Shown: positions 1-11,466 of the stretch, in pieces
How the letters are laid out: every line of letters begins with the position of its first letter
Numbering within the stretch: the stretch's first letter is position 1
Origin: an uncultured Gemmatimonadales bacterium
GTDB lineage: Bacteria > Gemmatimonadota > Gemmatimonadetes > Gemmatimonadales > GWC2-71-9
DNA: 64,000 bases
Direction of reading: 5' to 3'
Assembly: GCA_963842945.1 (NCBI GenBank)
Contig: CAWJIM010000019.1
Coordinates: 64,001-128,000 of the forward strand
Made by a program: the position numbers and the translations under genes
The notes under the pieces: generated by a model
The model's database searches: none
The model's input: the letters and a program-made list of their open reading frames with translations, nothing else
What the model was told of the DNA's origin: nothing

Positions 1-658
1 ACGGTCCCGTGAAAGGTGGCTCTCCAGCTAACATCTCGAAGAGGACGCATCCCAGACTGTAGATATCGCTCCGGCCGTCCACCTGATCGCTGCCCGTGGA
101 TTGCTCCGGACTCATGTATGCCGGAGTGCCTACCGCCAACCCTGATGAGCTCACGTCATCTGCCGCGGCATGAATGGCACGAGCTAAACCAAAGTCAGCG
201 ATCACCGCCCGACCGGCTTCCAGCAAGATGTTGCCCGGCTTGATGTCGCGATGGACCACGTCCTCCTGGTGGGCGTAGTCAAGTGCTTCCGCCACTTCGC
301 GGGCGATATTGACGGCTTCGCTCACGGGGAGTGGGCCTTCGCGGCGGATGCGCTCACGCAGACTTTCTCCAGCCACATGCGGCATTACGTAGAAGACCAG
401 TCCGTCGGATGTGCCAGAATCGTACAGCGGAAGGATGTTTGGATGGGTCAGCCGGGAGGCAATGCGGATCTCGCGAAGAAACCGGGCGTAGCCGATTGAC
501 TCTGCGAGATCCGGGCGAAGGACTTTAATTGCTACCGAGCGGTTGTGCTTGAGGTCGCGAGCAAGGTAGACAGTGGCCATTCCTCCGCGGCCGAGCTCAC
601 AATCGATCGCGTAGCGTTCCGCCAGAACGCTCCGTAAGCGTTCGACCGTGTCGATCAT
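1..658 (-). CDS. Hanks-type Ser/Thr protein kinase (5' part, runs off the window)
   Basis: Not in the ORF track; translated by hand from ATG 658: MIDTVERLRSVLAERYAIDCELGRGGMATVYLARDLKHNRSVAIKVL...HRDIKPGNILL...IADFGLARA...GTPAYMSPEQ. The G-loop, VAIK, HRD and DFG motifs are present. Confidence 0.93.
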   Translation of the reverse strand, partial: MIDTVERLRSVLAERYAIDCELGRGGMATVYLARDLKHNRSVAIKVLRPDLAESIGYARFLREIRIASRLTHPNILPLYDSGTSDGLVFYVMPHVAGESLRERIRREGPLPVSEAVNIAREVAEALDYAHQEDVVHRDIKPGNILLEAGRAVIADFGLARAIHAAADDVSSSGLAVGTPAYMSPEQSTGSDQVDGRSDIYSLGCVLFEMLAGEPPFTGP

Positions 659-790
659 GACTGGAAAACCTTGGTGCTTGAGAGACTAACATACGGCCAG
701 GGCTCGGGGCGGGCTAGACTGCTCTACACCCTTAGTCGTGTAGTGTAAGGGAGGCCGGTGTTCGGGAGAAGCTAGTGCAGTCCCTTGGTT

Positions 791-2294
<1,504 letters not shown>

Positions 2295-2306
2295 GCTTAA
2301 AGGTAC

Positions 2307-2418
2307 AGCGTGAGCGGGACTAGGGCTTGCCCTGAGCTCCGGGAAGCGGACGAGGCTGGCTCTGAGCGGTAGGTCGGCATCCTGGCGCCGCTCCTGCTCA
2401 CCGCTTACCGCTCACGCT
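2307..2418. repeat. Inverted tandem-repeat element with heptamer T(G/A)AGCGG between hslV and hslU
   Basis: Perfect 11-bp IR agcgtgagcgg (2307-2317) / ccgctcacgct (2408-2418). The minus strand reads TGAGCGG TAAGCGG TGAGCAG GAGCGG, starting at the hslV stop codon. Confidence 0.65.
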
Positions 2419-2963
2419 TTCTTCCCATCACCCGGCAATTCCAGGATGGTGACATTGCGGTTGGTAAAGACGCAGATGTCAGCCGCGATTTCCATGGAAC
2501 GCTGAACGATGTCGCGGGCCGAGTGACTGGGCTCGGGCAGCAGAGCGCGGGCGGCGGCGAGGGCAAAGTTGCCGCCTGAACCGATCGCCACGATCCCGTC
2601 GTCGGGCTCGATCAGCTCTCCCGCCCCACTCAGCAGGAAGCTGTGCTCCAGGTCGGCCACTACCAGGAGTGCCTCCAGACGTCGGAGTACCCGGTCGCTC
2701 CGCCAGTCCTTGGCCAGCTCGACCGCGGCGCGGGGCAGATTTCCCGGATAGCGGTCGAGCTTCTCCTCGAATTTCTCATAGAGGGTCAAAGCATCGGCCA
2801 CCGACCCGGCAAACCCGGCGAGCACCTTCCCGCCCTTGAGCGCGCGCACCTTGTTGGATTGCGACTTCACCACCGTCTCCCCGATGCTTACCTGGCCATC
2901 GCCGCCGAGCGCGACTCGGCCGTTTTTCCGAACCCCGAGGATCGTGGTGCCGTGGAATCGCAT
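2412..2963 (-). CDS. hslV: ATP-dependent protease peptidase subunit HslV
   Basis: [10 protein letters not shown] (N-terminal Thr nucleophile), [27 protein letters not shown]. Confidence 0.97.
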   Translation of the reverse strand: MRFHGTTILGVRKNGRVALGGDGQVSIGETVVKSQSNKVRALKGGKVLAGFAGSVADALTLYEKFEEKLDRYPGNLPRAAVELAKDWRSDRVLRRLEALLVVADLEHSFLLSGAGELIEPDDGIVAIGSGGNFALAAARALLPEPSHSARDIVQRSMEIAADICVFTNRNVTILELPGDGKKA

Positions 2964-2973
2964 GGTCGTTCCC

Positions 2974-3882
2974 TTACGCTCGCGGATGCGCCTGATTGTA
3001 GACCTTCTTCAGTCGCTCCACGCTCGTGTGGGTGTAGATCTGGGTGGTGCTCAACGATGCGTGGCCCAGCAGCTCCTGGACCGCCCGCAGGTCCGCTCCC
3101 GCATCGAGCATGTGGGTGGCGAAGGTGTGGCGAAGCGAGTGGACTCGGAGTCCGTCGCCGCCGATCCCGTCCAGCAAACGATGCACGATTCGCTGGATCC
3201 CGCGCGGGCCCAGGCGTTTTCCCCGCCGGCTCACGAACACCGCGCGGCGGTCTCCCCCAGTGCGAGCCACTGCGTCTTGGCGGAGTTGAAGATAGCGCCT
3301 GAGCGCGAGCACGGCCCGCGATCCTACCGGGACGATCCGCTCCTTCCGGCCTTTCCCTCTCACCTTCAGCTGATCGGAGAGAAGATCGAGGTCCTCCAGG
3401 TTCATGCCGCTCAGCTCGGAGAGGCGGATACCGGTGGAGTAGAAGAGCTCGAGGATGGCCAGATCTCTGGTGGGGCCCAGCTCGTCGCCTGCGGCCCTCG
3501 ATTCGGCCCACTCGAAGAGCCGCTCGGTCTGACCGCGGTCGAGATATCCCGGCAGACGCTTCTCCAACTTCGGCACTCGGGCTGCTCGCGCGATGTTGTT
3601 GGGGACCCCGTGATGTTCCTGGAGAAACCGGTAGAAGCTCCGCACCGCCGACAGGGCCCGGGCGGCGCTCCGCTTGGAAAGGCCTTTCCGCTGCAGCTCG
3701 CCGAGGAACCCCCTGAGCCCCAATCGATCCACCGTCTCCCATTTCCAGCTTCCGTAGTGCCGGTCGCAGAAATCGGAGAACGCATCCAGATCCCGCCCGT
3801 ACGCCTTTACCGTGTGGGGCGAGACGTCACGTTCCTTCTCGAGATACATCAGATATTCGCTAACTTCGCGCCGCAGAGACAT
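2974..3882 (-). CDS. xerC: Tyrosine recombinase XerC
   Basis: Likely start MSLRREV (ATG 3882). Motifs [47 protein letters not shown]. Lies in the topA-trmFO-xerC-hslVU order. Confidence 0.92.
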   Translation of the reverse strand: MSLRREVSEYLMYLEKERDVSPHTVKAYGRDLDAFSDFCDRHYGSWKWETVDRLGLRGFLGELQRKGLSKRSAARALSAVRSFYRFLQEHHGVPNNIARAARVPKLEKRLPGYLDRGQTERLFEWAESRAAGDELGPTRDLAILELFYSTGIRLSELSGMNLEDLDLLSDQLKVRGKGRKERIVPVGSRAVLALRRYLQLRQDAVARTGGDRRAVFVSRRGKRLGPRGIQRIVHRLLDGIGGDGLRVHSLRHTFATHMLDAGADLRAVQELLGHASLSTTQIYTHTSVERLKKVYNQAHPRA

Positions 3883-3898
3883 TGAGTTCCGGTCGGTG

Positions 3899-5269
3899 TC
3901 ACATGGTTGGGGCGACTGGGGTGACGCTCCTCCAGGCGCTGCCCAGCGCCGCGATGCCTGCCCGATCCATCCAGGTCCCAAAGTCCGCCTGGGCCCGCTC
4001 CACCAGCAGCTCCCTCTTCCGGTCCTTCTTCAGTTTTCCCGGCAGCGGATCCAATAAGCCGAAGTTCGCGTTCATCGGCTGGAAGTGTTTTGGATCGGCT
4101 TCCGCCAGATAACGGTACAGCCCTCCCAGCATCGTGGTGGCTGGTGGGACCGCGATCGGCTCGCCGGAAAGCCGGCGGGCCAGGTTGATGCCGGCCAGCA
4201 GTCCCGTCCCCAGCGACTCGGTGTATCCCTCTACGCCGGTGATCTGGCCGGCAAAGAAGAGCAGCTCCTCATCTCTTGCAGTCAGACCCTGGCCCAGCGC
4301 CGCCGGACTGTTCAGGTACGAGTTCCGGTGAATGCTGCCATAGCGGAGGAACTCGGCCGACTCGAGCCCCGGAATCATCCGGAACACCCGCTGCTGCTCC
4401 GGTATACGGAGCCGGGTCTGAAATCCCACCAGGTTCCACATCTGCCCTGCCGCATCTTCTCGCCTCAGCTGCACCACCGCGTGAGGGTCTTTGCCGGTGC
4501 GAGGATCCGGCAGACCCACCGGTTTCATCGGGCCGAACCGGAGCGTGTCTCTTCCCCGGCGGGCCATTTCCTCGACCGGCAGGCAGCCCTCGAAATACGG
4601 CACCTGGTCGAATTCGTGCCCCGCGAACTGATCGCCTTCCAGCAACGCATCGATGAACCGCTGGTACGACTCGGCGTCGAGTGGGGCATTCAGGTAATCG
4701 TTCCCCTGGCCCTTTCCATAGCGAGACAGCGCGTACAAGCGCCCGTGATCGAGCGAGTCGCCCGACACGATTGGCGCAATGGCATCATAGAACGCGAGCG
4801 CGGCAGCACCTAATCGTCTTACCATAGCCTGGCTCAGCCGTTCCGAAGTAAGCGGACCGGTAGCAATCACTGCCGGGCTGGGCAGCTCCGTGATCTCCCG
4901 TCGGACCAGCGTGATGTTGGGATGATCGGTCAGGCGGCGGTGCACCTCCTCGGAAAACCGCTGGCGATCCACCACCAGGGCGGTTCCCCCGGGCACCCGC
5001 ACATCATCGGCGACGGGAAGCAAGACACTGCCCAGCGCCCGTAGCTCAGCCTTGAGCAGGCCGTGCGCGTTGGTGAGGTCAACCGATTTGAAGGAATTAC
5101 TGCAGACGATTTCGGCCAGGCGATCGGTCTGATGGGCGGCGGTCCGGGTGCCCGGACGCATTTCGCAGAGGGTTACCTGGATCCCTCGTTCAGCCAGCGC
5201 CCAGGCCGCCTCCGAGCCGGCGAGGCCTCCGCCGACCACGGTGACGTTTGCCTGGGGAGCGATGGTCAC
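3899..5269 (-). CDS. trmFO: tRNA (uracil-54) methyltransferase TrmFO (Gid)
   Basis: GTG start overlaps the topA stop (GTGA). Motifs VVGGGLAGSEAA, EIVCSNSF, FYDAIAPIV, GFQTRL, GQITGVEGY, FQPMNANFG. Confidence 0.95.
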   Translation of the reverse strand: MTIAPQANVTVVGGGLAGSEAAWALAERGIQVTLCEMRPGTRTAAHQTDRLAEIVCSNSFKSVDLTNAHGLLKAELRALGSVLLPVADDVRVPGGTALVVDRQRFSEEVHRRLTDHPNITLVRREITELPSPAVIATGPLTSERLSQAMVRRLGAAALAFYDAIAPIVSGDSLDHGRLYALSRYGKGQGNDYLNAPLDAESYQRFIDALLEGDQFAGHEFDQVPYFEGCLPVEEMARRGRDTLRFGPMKPVGLPDPRTGKDPHAVVQLRREDAAGQMWNLVGFQTRLRIPEQQRVFRMIPGLESAEFLRYGSIHRNSYLNSPAALGQGLTARDEELLFFAGQITGVEGYTESLGTGLLAGINLARRLSGEPIAVPPATTMLGGLYRYLAEADPKHFQPMNANFGLLDPLPGKLKKDRKRELLVERAQADFGTWMDRAGIAALGSAWRSVTPVAPTM

Positions 5270-7707
5270 CCCAGAGCGACTTCTTCCGGCTCGGCTACCA
5301 CGAGCTGGTGGCCACACTTGAGGCATTTCCGGGTTTCGCCCTCGGCCTTGCTGATCTTCTTCTCCATGCCCAGCCAGCCGCAGGAGGGACAGGTCTCCGG
5401 AACCGGACGGTTCCAGGTGGAGAAGTCGCACTCCGGATAGCGCAGGCAGCCCCAGAACGACTTGCCCCGCTTGGTGCGCCGCTCGGTGAGATCGCCGGTG
5501 GGGCACTTGGGGCACTTGAGCCCCATGGGGATCGATCGGGTGCCCTTGCAGTTGGGGTACGTGGTGCAGGCGAGGAACTCGCCGAACCGCCCGGTCTTGA
5601 TGACCATGGGCGAGCTACAGAGATGACACTTCTCATCGCTGGGCCGGTCTGGGACCTTGACCTTCTTCAGCGACTTCACGTAGTCGCAGGTGTCCTTGTA
5701 CTTGAGGCACGCGAGGTAGGGGCCGAACCGGCCGGTCCGCAGCTCGATCTGGCTCCCGCACTTGGGGCAGCGCTCCTTGGCCAGCTCTTCCGGGTTGAGC
5801 CCATGGGCATCGGCTACCAGAGCCTTCATGTCGACGGCGTTGAGGGCTTTGGTGAACGGCCCGTAGAAGGCCTGGAGCACCCGCTGCCATCCCAGCTCGC
5901 CGTCTTCGATGCGGTCGAGCTCGTCCTCCATTTCGGAGGTGAACTCGACATTGAAGATTCCGGGGAACTTGCCGACCATGATCTTCTCCACCGTCTCGCC
6001 CAGCTCGGTGGGGAAGAAGCGCCTCTGGTCTACCTTCACGTACTCCCGGGCCGAGAGCGTTGAGATGATGGCGCTGTAGGTTGACGGCCGCCCGATGCCG
6101 AGCCGCTCCAGCTCCTTGACCAGGCTGGCCTCGGAGAACCGGGGTGGCGGCTCGGTGAAGTGCTGATTGGGCGTGATCTCGCGGACCTCGACCTGGTCTC
6201 CCACCGCCAGCGGCGGAATGGGCGGGAGATCGTCCATGGTCTTGCCTTCCTCTTTTTCCCGGCCCTCGGTGTAGATGACATGGTAGCCATCGAACAGGAG
6301 CACCGATCCCGTTGCCCGGAACAGGTACTCGCCCAGATCGAATTCCACTACCGTCATGTCATAGACGGCCGGCGTCATCTGCGATGCGACGAAGCGCTGC
6401 CAGATCAGCTGGTAGAGCCGGTACTGGTCCGGCTCGAGATACTGCTGAATCTGCTCCGGCCGCCGGCTGACATCGGTGGGCCGGATGGCTTCGTGGGCGC
6501 CCTGCACCCGGGCATTCTTCTTCGGGTTGTAGACGTTGGCGGCTTCGGGCAGATACGTCTTGGCGTAGTTCTTCTTGATGAAGCCTCTGACCGATGCAAT
6601 GGCCGTGTCGGATACCTGGGGTGAGTCGGTCCGCATGTAGGTAATGAGACCGACCGGTCCGTCCTCGCCGGCATCCATGCCTTCGTACAGGTCCTGCGCC
6701 GCCCGCATGGTACGGCGGGAGGAGAAGCCCAGCTTCTTGGCGGCCTCCTGCTGCAGCGTGCTGGTGGTGAACGGCGCCCCGGGATTCTTCTTGCGATTTC
6801 GCTTCTCGACTTTGGTGACGACGAACGGCCGGGGCCTCACCGCGTCTACCACCGCCCGGGCATCGGCCTCGGTGTGGAGCTGCGGCTTGTGGCCTCCGAC
6901 TTTGGCCAGCGCGGCCTCGAAGGTTTGGCCATCCTTGGCGCAGAGCGCCTCGATGGTCCAGTACTCCTGGGGCTTGAACGCGCGGATTTCCCGCTCCCGC
7001 TCGACGATCAGCCGAAGCGCGACGGTCTGCACCCGTCCGGCCGAGAGGCCGGTTTTGATGCTGTGCCAGAGAATGGGACTGGCCTTGTAGCCGACCAGAC
7101 GATCGAGAATGCGGCGGGCTTGCTGTGCATCCACCTTGCGATCGTCGATCTTGCCGGGATCCCGGAGCGCCTCCTGAATGGCTTCCTTGGTGATCTCGTG
7201 GAACAGGATGCGGTGCGTGCGGATCGAAGCGGGGAGTCCCTGCCGGATCTGTTCCGCCACGTGCCAGGCAATAGCCTCACCTTCCCGGTCCGGGTCGGTG
7301 GCCAGGTAAATGGCAGACGCGGCCTTGGCCGCCTTCTTCAGCTCGGCCAGCGTCTTGGTCTTGCCTTTGATGGTGACGTACTTGGGCTCGAAGCCATTCT
7401 CCACGTCCACGCCGAGCTCCCGGGTTGGGAGATCTCGGAGATGGCCGACGGTGGCCTTTACGTCGTAACCCGAGCCGAGGTACTTGCCGATGGTCTTGGC
7501 CTTGGTGGGCGACTCGACGATAACGAGCGCAGGACGGCCGTCCCCCCGGGTACGTGCGCCATTGTTCTTGGCGCGACTCACCTTCGGGGTGCGCGCGGGC
7601 GTGGCCGGGGCAGATGCCTTGGCCGAGCCGGCATTCTGCTCAGGGGCTCTTCTTCCCGTGCGTCCGGACCTTCCGGTCTTTCCCGTCCTTCTCGTTCTCG
7701 TCGCCAT
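5266..7707 (-). CDS. topA: DNA topoisomerase I with a basic N-terminal extension and C-terminal Zn ribbons
   Basis: LVIVESPTKAKTI, ATDPDREGEAIAWH, SAGRVQ, LITYMRTDS, GIGRPSTY, and three CxxC zinc-ribbon repeats. Confidence 0.97.
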   Translation of the reverse strand: MATRTRRTGKTGRSGRTGRRAPEQNAGSAKASAPATPARTPKVSRAKNNGARTRGDGRPALVIVESPTKAKTIGKYLGSGYDVKATVGHLRDLPTRELGVDVENGFEPKYVTIKGKTKTLAELKKAAKAASAIYLATDPDREGEAIAWHVAEQIRQGLPASIRTHRILFHEITKEAIQEALRDPGKIDDRKVDAQQARRILDRLVGYKASPILWHSIKTGLSAGRVQTVALRLIVEREREIRAFKPQEYWTIEALCAKDGQTFEAALAKVGGHKPQLHTEADARAVVDAVRPRPFVVTKVEKRNRKKNPGAPFTTSTLQQEAAKKLGFSSRRTMRAAQDLYEGMDAGEDGPVGLITYMRTDSPQVSDTAIASVRGFIKKNYAKTYLPEAANVYNPKKNARVQGAHEAIRPTDVSRRPEQIQQYLEPDQYRLYQLIWQRFVASQMTPAVYDMTVVEFDLGEYLFRATGSVLLFDGYHVIYTEGREKEEGKTMDDLPPIPPLAVGDQVEVREITPNQHFTEPPPRFSEASLVKELERLGIGRPSTYSAIISTLSAREYVKVDQRRFFPTELGETVEKIMVGKFPGIFNVEFTSEMEDELDRIEDGELGWQRVLQAFYGPFTKALNAVDMKALVADAHGLNPEELAKERCPKCGSQIELRTGRFGPYLACLKYKDTCDYVKSLKKVKVPDRPSDEKCHLCSSPMVIKTGRFGEFLACTTYPNCKGTRSIPMGLKCPKCPTGDLTERRTKRGKSFWGCLRYPECDFSTWNRPVPETCPSCGWLGMEKKISKAEGETRKCLKCGHQLVVAEPEEVALG

Positions 7708-7799
7708 AGACTCCAGTGTAAGTGACCGACTCATTCAACCATCAAGCCGGCAGGTAGCAAGAAACCCGCACCTCCGGGCCAAATGCAAGAACCACGACC

Positions 7800-8336
7800 T
7801 CAGGGCCCCGATCGGGCGAACCAGCCTCCGTGCTGTCTTGCCAGGGCCATGACCTCGGCCGCGACCGCCTCAGGTGAGGTGTTCTCGGTGTTTACCTGAT
7901 GGTGCGCCTGCCGGTAAGCCGGGTCCCGTTCCTCGAACAACGCCCGCATCCGCTGGTTCGGGTCCACCCCCGCCAGCAAAGGACGGGCCTCGCCCTGCTG
8001 ACAGCGTTTCGAGGCGGTAGCCGGTTGGCAGCGTAAGTAAATCACCAGGCCGGTCTGCTTGGCCCCATCCAGCTGTCCCGGCTGTGCCGCCCATCCCCCG
8101 CCGGGCACGATCACGCACGGATCCCTGGCCTGAGCGGCCTTGACCGCGTCGCGCTCCATCTCCCGAAACCGAGGCTCTCCCACCATGCCGATGATTTGAC
8201 TCACTGGCATTCCCATCTCCCGCTCCAGGAGCCGGTCGATGTCAATGACGTCGGTGTTCAATGCCTCCGCCACCAGCTTGCCGACGGTGCTTTTGCCTGC
8301 TCCCGGCAATCCGACCAGCACGATGTGGCGGGGCAT
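7800..8336 (-). CDS. aroK: Shikimate kinase
   Basis: IVLVGLPGAGKSTVG, FREMER, GGG, RPLL; next to aroC. Confidence 0.93.
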   Translation of the reverse strand: MPRHIVLVGLPGAGKSTVGKLVAEALNTDVIDIDRLLEREMGMPVSQIIGMVGEPRFREMERDAVKAAQARDPCVIVPGGGWAAQPGQLDGAKQTGLVIYLRCQPATASKRCQQGEARPLLAGVDPNQRMRALFEERDPAYRQAHHQVNTENTSPEAVAAEVMALARQHGGWFARSGP

Positions 8337-9596
8337 CAGCCCTCCTTCGCCTGACTCCGCTCGAACCAGCGGGAACCCAGAGCGGCCACGTAGCCGTCGT
8401 AGTTCCGGCGCATCTCAGCCAGGGAGTCACCCCCGAACTTCTCCAGCATGGCATCGGCCAGCACCAGCGCCATCACGGCTTCGGCGATCACTCCCATCGC
8501 CGGAACCGCCGTGACATCGGACCGCTCGCTGACCGCTTTGGCCGGCTGCCCTGACTCGAGATCGACTGTGGCGAGGGGGGACATCAGGGTGGAGATCGGC
8601 TTCATTGCTACCTTAACAACAACCGGTTCCCCATTTGTGATCCCGCCCTCCAGCCCTCCGGCGTTGTTGGTCGGCCTTCGGAACCCCCCACGCGGATCCG
8701 TCCCCTCCCGGCCTCCGCCCTTCCCCGCTTTCTGCCCCGCCGCCCCGCTGCCCCGCCGCCCCGCTTCGATAGGATCGTGGACCTCGGAGCCGGGCCTACG
8801 CGCTGCCTCGAAGCCCATCCCGATCTCCACCCCTTTGACCGCAGGGATCGACATCATGATCCCGGCGAGCCGTCCGTCGAGCTTCCGGTCCCAGGCGACG
8901 TGACTGCCCAGTCCGACGACGACGCCTCGGGCGATGACTTCGACCTCGCCCCCCAAGGTGTCGCCCGCTTTCTTGGCCGCGTCGATCCGGCCGATGATCT
9001 CGGCTTCGACCGCGGAGTCGAGCACCCGTATCTCGGACCGGTCTGCCGCCTGGTTGAGAGGCACCGGCAGCTCCCCCCGGGGGACCTCGATCCCGCCCAG
9101 GGAAACAACGTGACTCCCGATTTCGATCCCGAACTCATCGAGCAGTCGCTTGGCCAAGGCCCCGGCCGCCACCCGGGCCGTCGTCTCCCGGGCGCTAGCC
9201 CGCTCCAGGATATCTCGCGCATCCAGGCGATCGTACTTGAGCACTCCGGCCAGATCGGCGTGGCCGGGGCGGGGACGGGTCACCCGGCGGCGGCGCAGCT
9301 CCCCGATCATGATCCGCGGGCTCGTGCGCCATCACGTCTTCCCAATTGGTCCAGTCGCGATTGGGGATCAGCATGGCGACCGGGGAGCCCAATGTCTCGC
9401 CGGCGCGGAGTCCGGCCAGCCACTCGATCTGGTCGCGCTCGATCTTCATTCGGGCGCCCCGGCCGTAGCCCTGCATTCTCCGCGCAAGCTCCCGGTCGAC
9501 CCACTCCGCTGACACCGGGAGTCCCGCGGGCAGACCCTCGACGATGGTGACGAGCGCCTTGCCATGCGATTCGCCTGCGGTGGTGAATCGAAGCAT
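8336..9596 (-). CDS. aroC: Chorismate synthase (one frameshift near 9310)
   Basis: [20 protein letters not shown], then in another frame [49 protein letters not shown]. Confidence 0.95.
8732..8763 (-). repeat. Four tandem octamers C(T/C)GCCCCG inside aroC
   Basis: ctgccccg ccgccccg ctgccccg ccgccccg is the reverse complement of the GGGGCAGC family at 38569 and 53594. Confidence 0.8.
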
Positions 9597-9642
9597 TGCA
9601 CCAGCTTCCGGGTTGGGGTCTGAGATCTCCCTATGATAACGA

Positions 9643-9668
9643 ACGAGCCCGGCAGGCGCCGGGCTCGT
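9643..9668 (-). terminator. Hairpin downstream of pilQ, probable terminator
   Basis: acgagcccgg-caggcg-ccgggctcgt is a perfect 10-bp stem with a weak U tract. Confidence 0.6.
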
Positions 9669-9699
9669 CGCAGATTGACCTCAGGCTCCTGGGCTGGCC

Positions 9700-11466
9700 T
9701 CACTCAGGAGCGATGTTGTCGTCGATAATCCGCGGCGTGACCAGGATGATCAGGTCTCGCCGGTTTTCATTATTAGAGCTGAAGCTGAACAGCTTCCCGA
9801 TGATCGGCAACCCGGAGAGTAAGGGTATGCCGGAGCGGGTGTTGGTCACCTGGGTCACGGTCAGGCCGCCGATCACCGCGGTTTCGCCGTCGTTCACCAG
9901 GAGCTGGTTCTCGGCCCGCTGGGTCTGGAAGATGAAGCCCAGGTCAGTTGCAGCGAGCGGTTGGATCGACGACCGCTCGGTGTGCAGCTCCATGGCGATC
10001 TGGCGGTTGCTGGTGACGTGCGGCGTCACCGTCAGCCGGATACCAGTCTCCTTGAAGATGACGCTGGCCTTGGCATCGCCGCTGGAGCTGGCGTCGATCA
10101 CGCGGACCGGCGTTTCCTCACCGACCAGGATGTCGGCCTTCCGATTATCCAGCGTAGTGATGACCGGTTCGGCCTGGATGTCGGACAGGTCGGCCCGCTC
10201 GACCGCACTCAGGAACGAGGTGAGCGAGAATCCGCCCAGCGCAGTGGAGAAGACCAGATCAATGGCGGAGCCCTTGATGATACCTTCCGCGTTGCCGATT
10301 CCGGACAGCGCGTTGCCGCCCAGGTCGACCACGTTGATCTCGGGCTTGTAGAGCTCACCGGTGGTCGGATCGCAGCAGCGCTGGACCACCTTATTGAAGA
10401 ACTGGTTCTGGTTACCCAGGTCGTACTTGATGCCCAGCTCCTCGATGTCGGTCCGATCTACGAAGACCAGCTTGGCCTTGATCGAGACCTGCGGAGTACG
10501 CACGTCCAGTCCCCGCACGAAGTCGGTGAGCTGGCCGATCCGGCTCCGGGTATCGGTGAGGATGAGCGAGTTGGAGTTGTCGTCGGCTACAACCTTGCCC
10601 CGGCCCTTGGTCAGGCTGCCCTCGATGCTCTTGGTCAGCTCCTTGGCCTTGGCGTAGTTGACCCGGACCACGCTGGTCTCCAGCGGCTCGAGCGAGTCGA
10701 GCGACGCCAGCGCGGAGGGGTTGTCTACCCGAATGATGCCGCCCGCCATTTCCTGGGCGGAGAGTCCCTGCGCGGCCAGAACTGCCTGGAACGCCTGGGG
10801 CCAGGGCTGGTTCCGGATTTCGGCGGAGACCTCACCCTTGATGTCCTTGCCCAGGATGATCGTGCGCCCGCTGAAGGCGGCGAACCCGGCCACCACGTCG
10901 GCGATGCTGGCGCGGTCCCAGACCACGGTGATCCGCGGCTCTTCCGCCGCTGTGGTGCGGACCAGCCGGCTGGCCGGCAGCTGCACCTCCGGCTGCAGGC
11001 GGGTGGTGGTCTTGGCGGTGACGGCCTTCCGCTGTTGAGGCGCGGTGGACGACCAGGCCAGGAACGACTCGTCGGTGCCAAACGAGACCCGGATGGCATC
11101 GGCCAGACGCTCGACGTGGTAGTCCATGGTCCGATCGAGATCCATCACGATCCGAACCACATCAGGCGCAAACTGCGAGTAGCGGAGATTCAGCACCCCG
11201 CCCCGCTTCACTCCATCATAGGTGCCGGTGGAATTCCCCTTGAGCTTGGCGCCGACCACGTCGAGCACCAGCCGGTTGGGGTTCTCCAGCATGAAGTCGC
11301 GGACCTCGACCGCTCCGCGAACATTGACGATGACGTCGGCGCGTCCGGGTGAGGGCTGGACACTGACGCCCGTGACCTCTCCGCTCGCGGGGCCATCCGC
11401 GCGCGCCGCGGAGGTCACTCCGAAGATCGCGGCGGTGGCGACCATCAGGCGATAGACTCGGGTCAT
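9700..11466 (-). CDS. pilQ: Type IV pilus secretin with an AMIN domain
   Basis: Signal peptide, AMIN motif (NPNRLVLD), N3 domain, secretin core (PQVSIKAK, GIRLTVTPH, GETAVIGGL, GIPLLSGLPIIGKLF, LIILVTPRII); last gene of pilMNOP. Confidence 0.93.
   Translation of the reverse strand: MTRVYRLMVATAAIFGVTSAARADGPASGEVTGVSVQPSPGRADVIVNVRGAVEVRDFMLENPNRLVLDVVGAKLKGNSTGTYDGVKRGGVLNLRYSQFAPDVVRIVMDLDRTMDYHVERLADAIRVSFGTDESFLAWSSTAPQQRKAVTAKTTTRLQPEVQLPASRLVRTTAAEEPRITVVWDRASIADVVAGFAAFSGRTIILGKDIKGEVSAEIRNQPWPQAFQAVLAAQGLSAQEMAGGIIRVDNPSALASLDSLEPLETSVVRVNYAKAKELTKSIEGSLTKGRGKVVADDNSNSLILTDTRSRIGQLTDFVRGLDVRTPQVSIKAKLVFVDRTDIEELGIKYDLGNQNQFFNKVVQRCCDPTTGELYKPEINVVDLGGNALSGIGNAEGIIKGSAIDLVFSTALGGFSLTSFLSAVERADLSDIQAEPVITTLDNRKADILVGEETPVRVIDASSSGDAKASVIFKETGIRLTVTPHVTSNRQIAMELHTERSSIQPLAATDLGFIFQTQRAENQLLVNDGETAVIGGLTVTQVTNTRSGIPLLSGLPIIGKLFSFSSNNENRRDLIILVTPRIIDDNIAPE

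Noticed and set aside
2974..3882. Tyrosine recombinase as a phage or island integrase
   Set aside because: It lies in the housekeeping topA-trmFO-xerC-hslVU order, with no att sites or cargo.
3909..3926. TGGGGCGAC TGGGGTGAC doublet at the trmFO 3' end as another repeat element
   Set aside because: Only two units and no inverted arm, so it could be chance.
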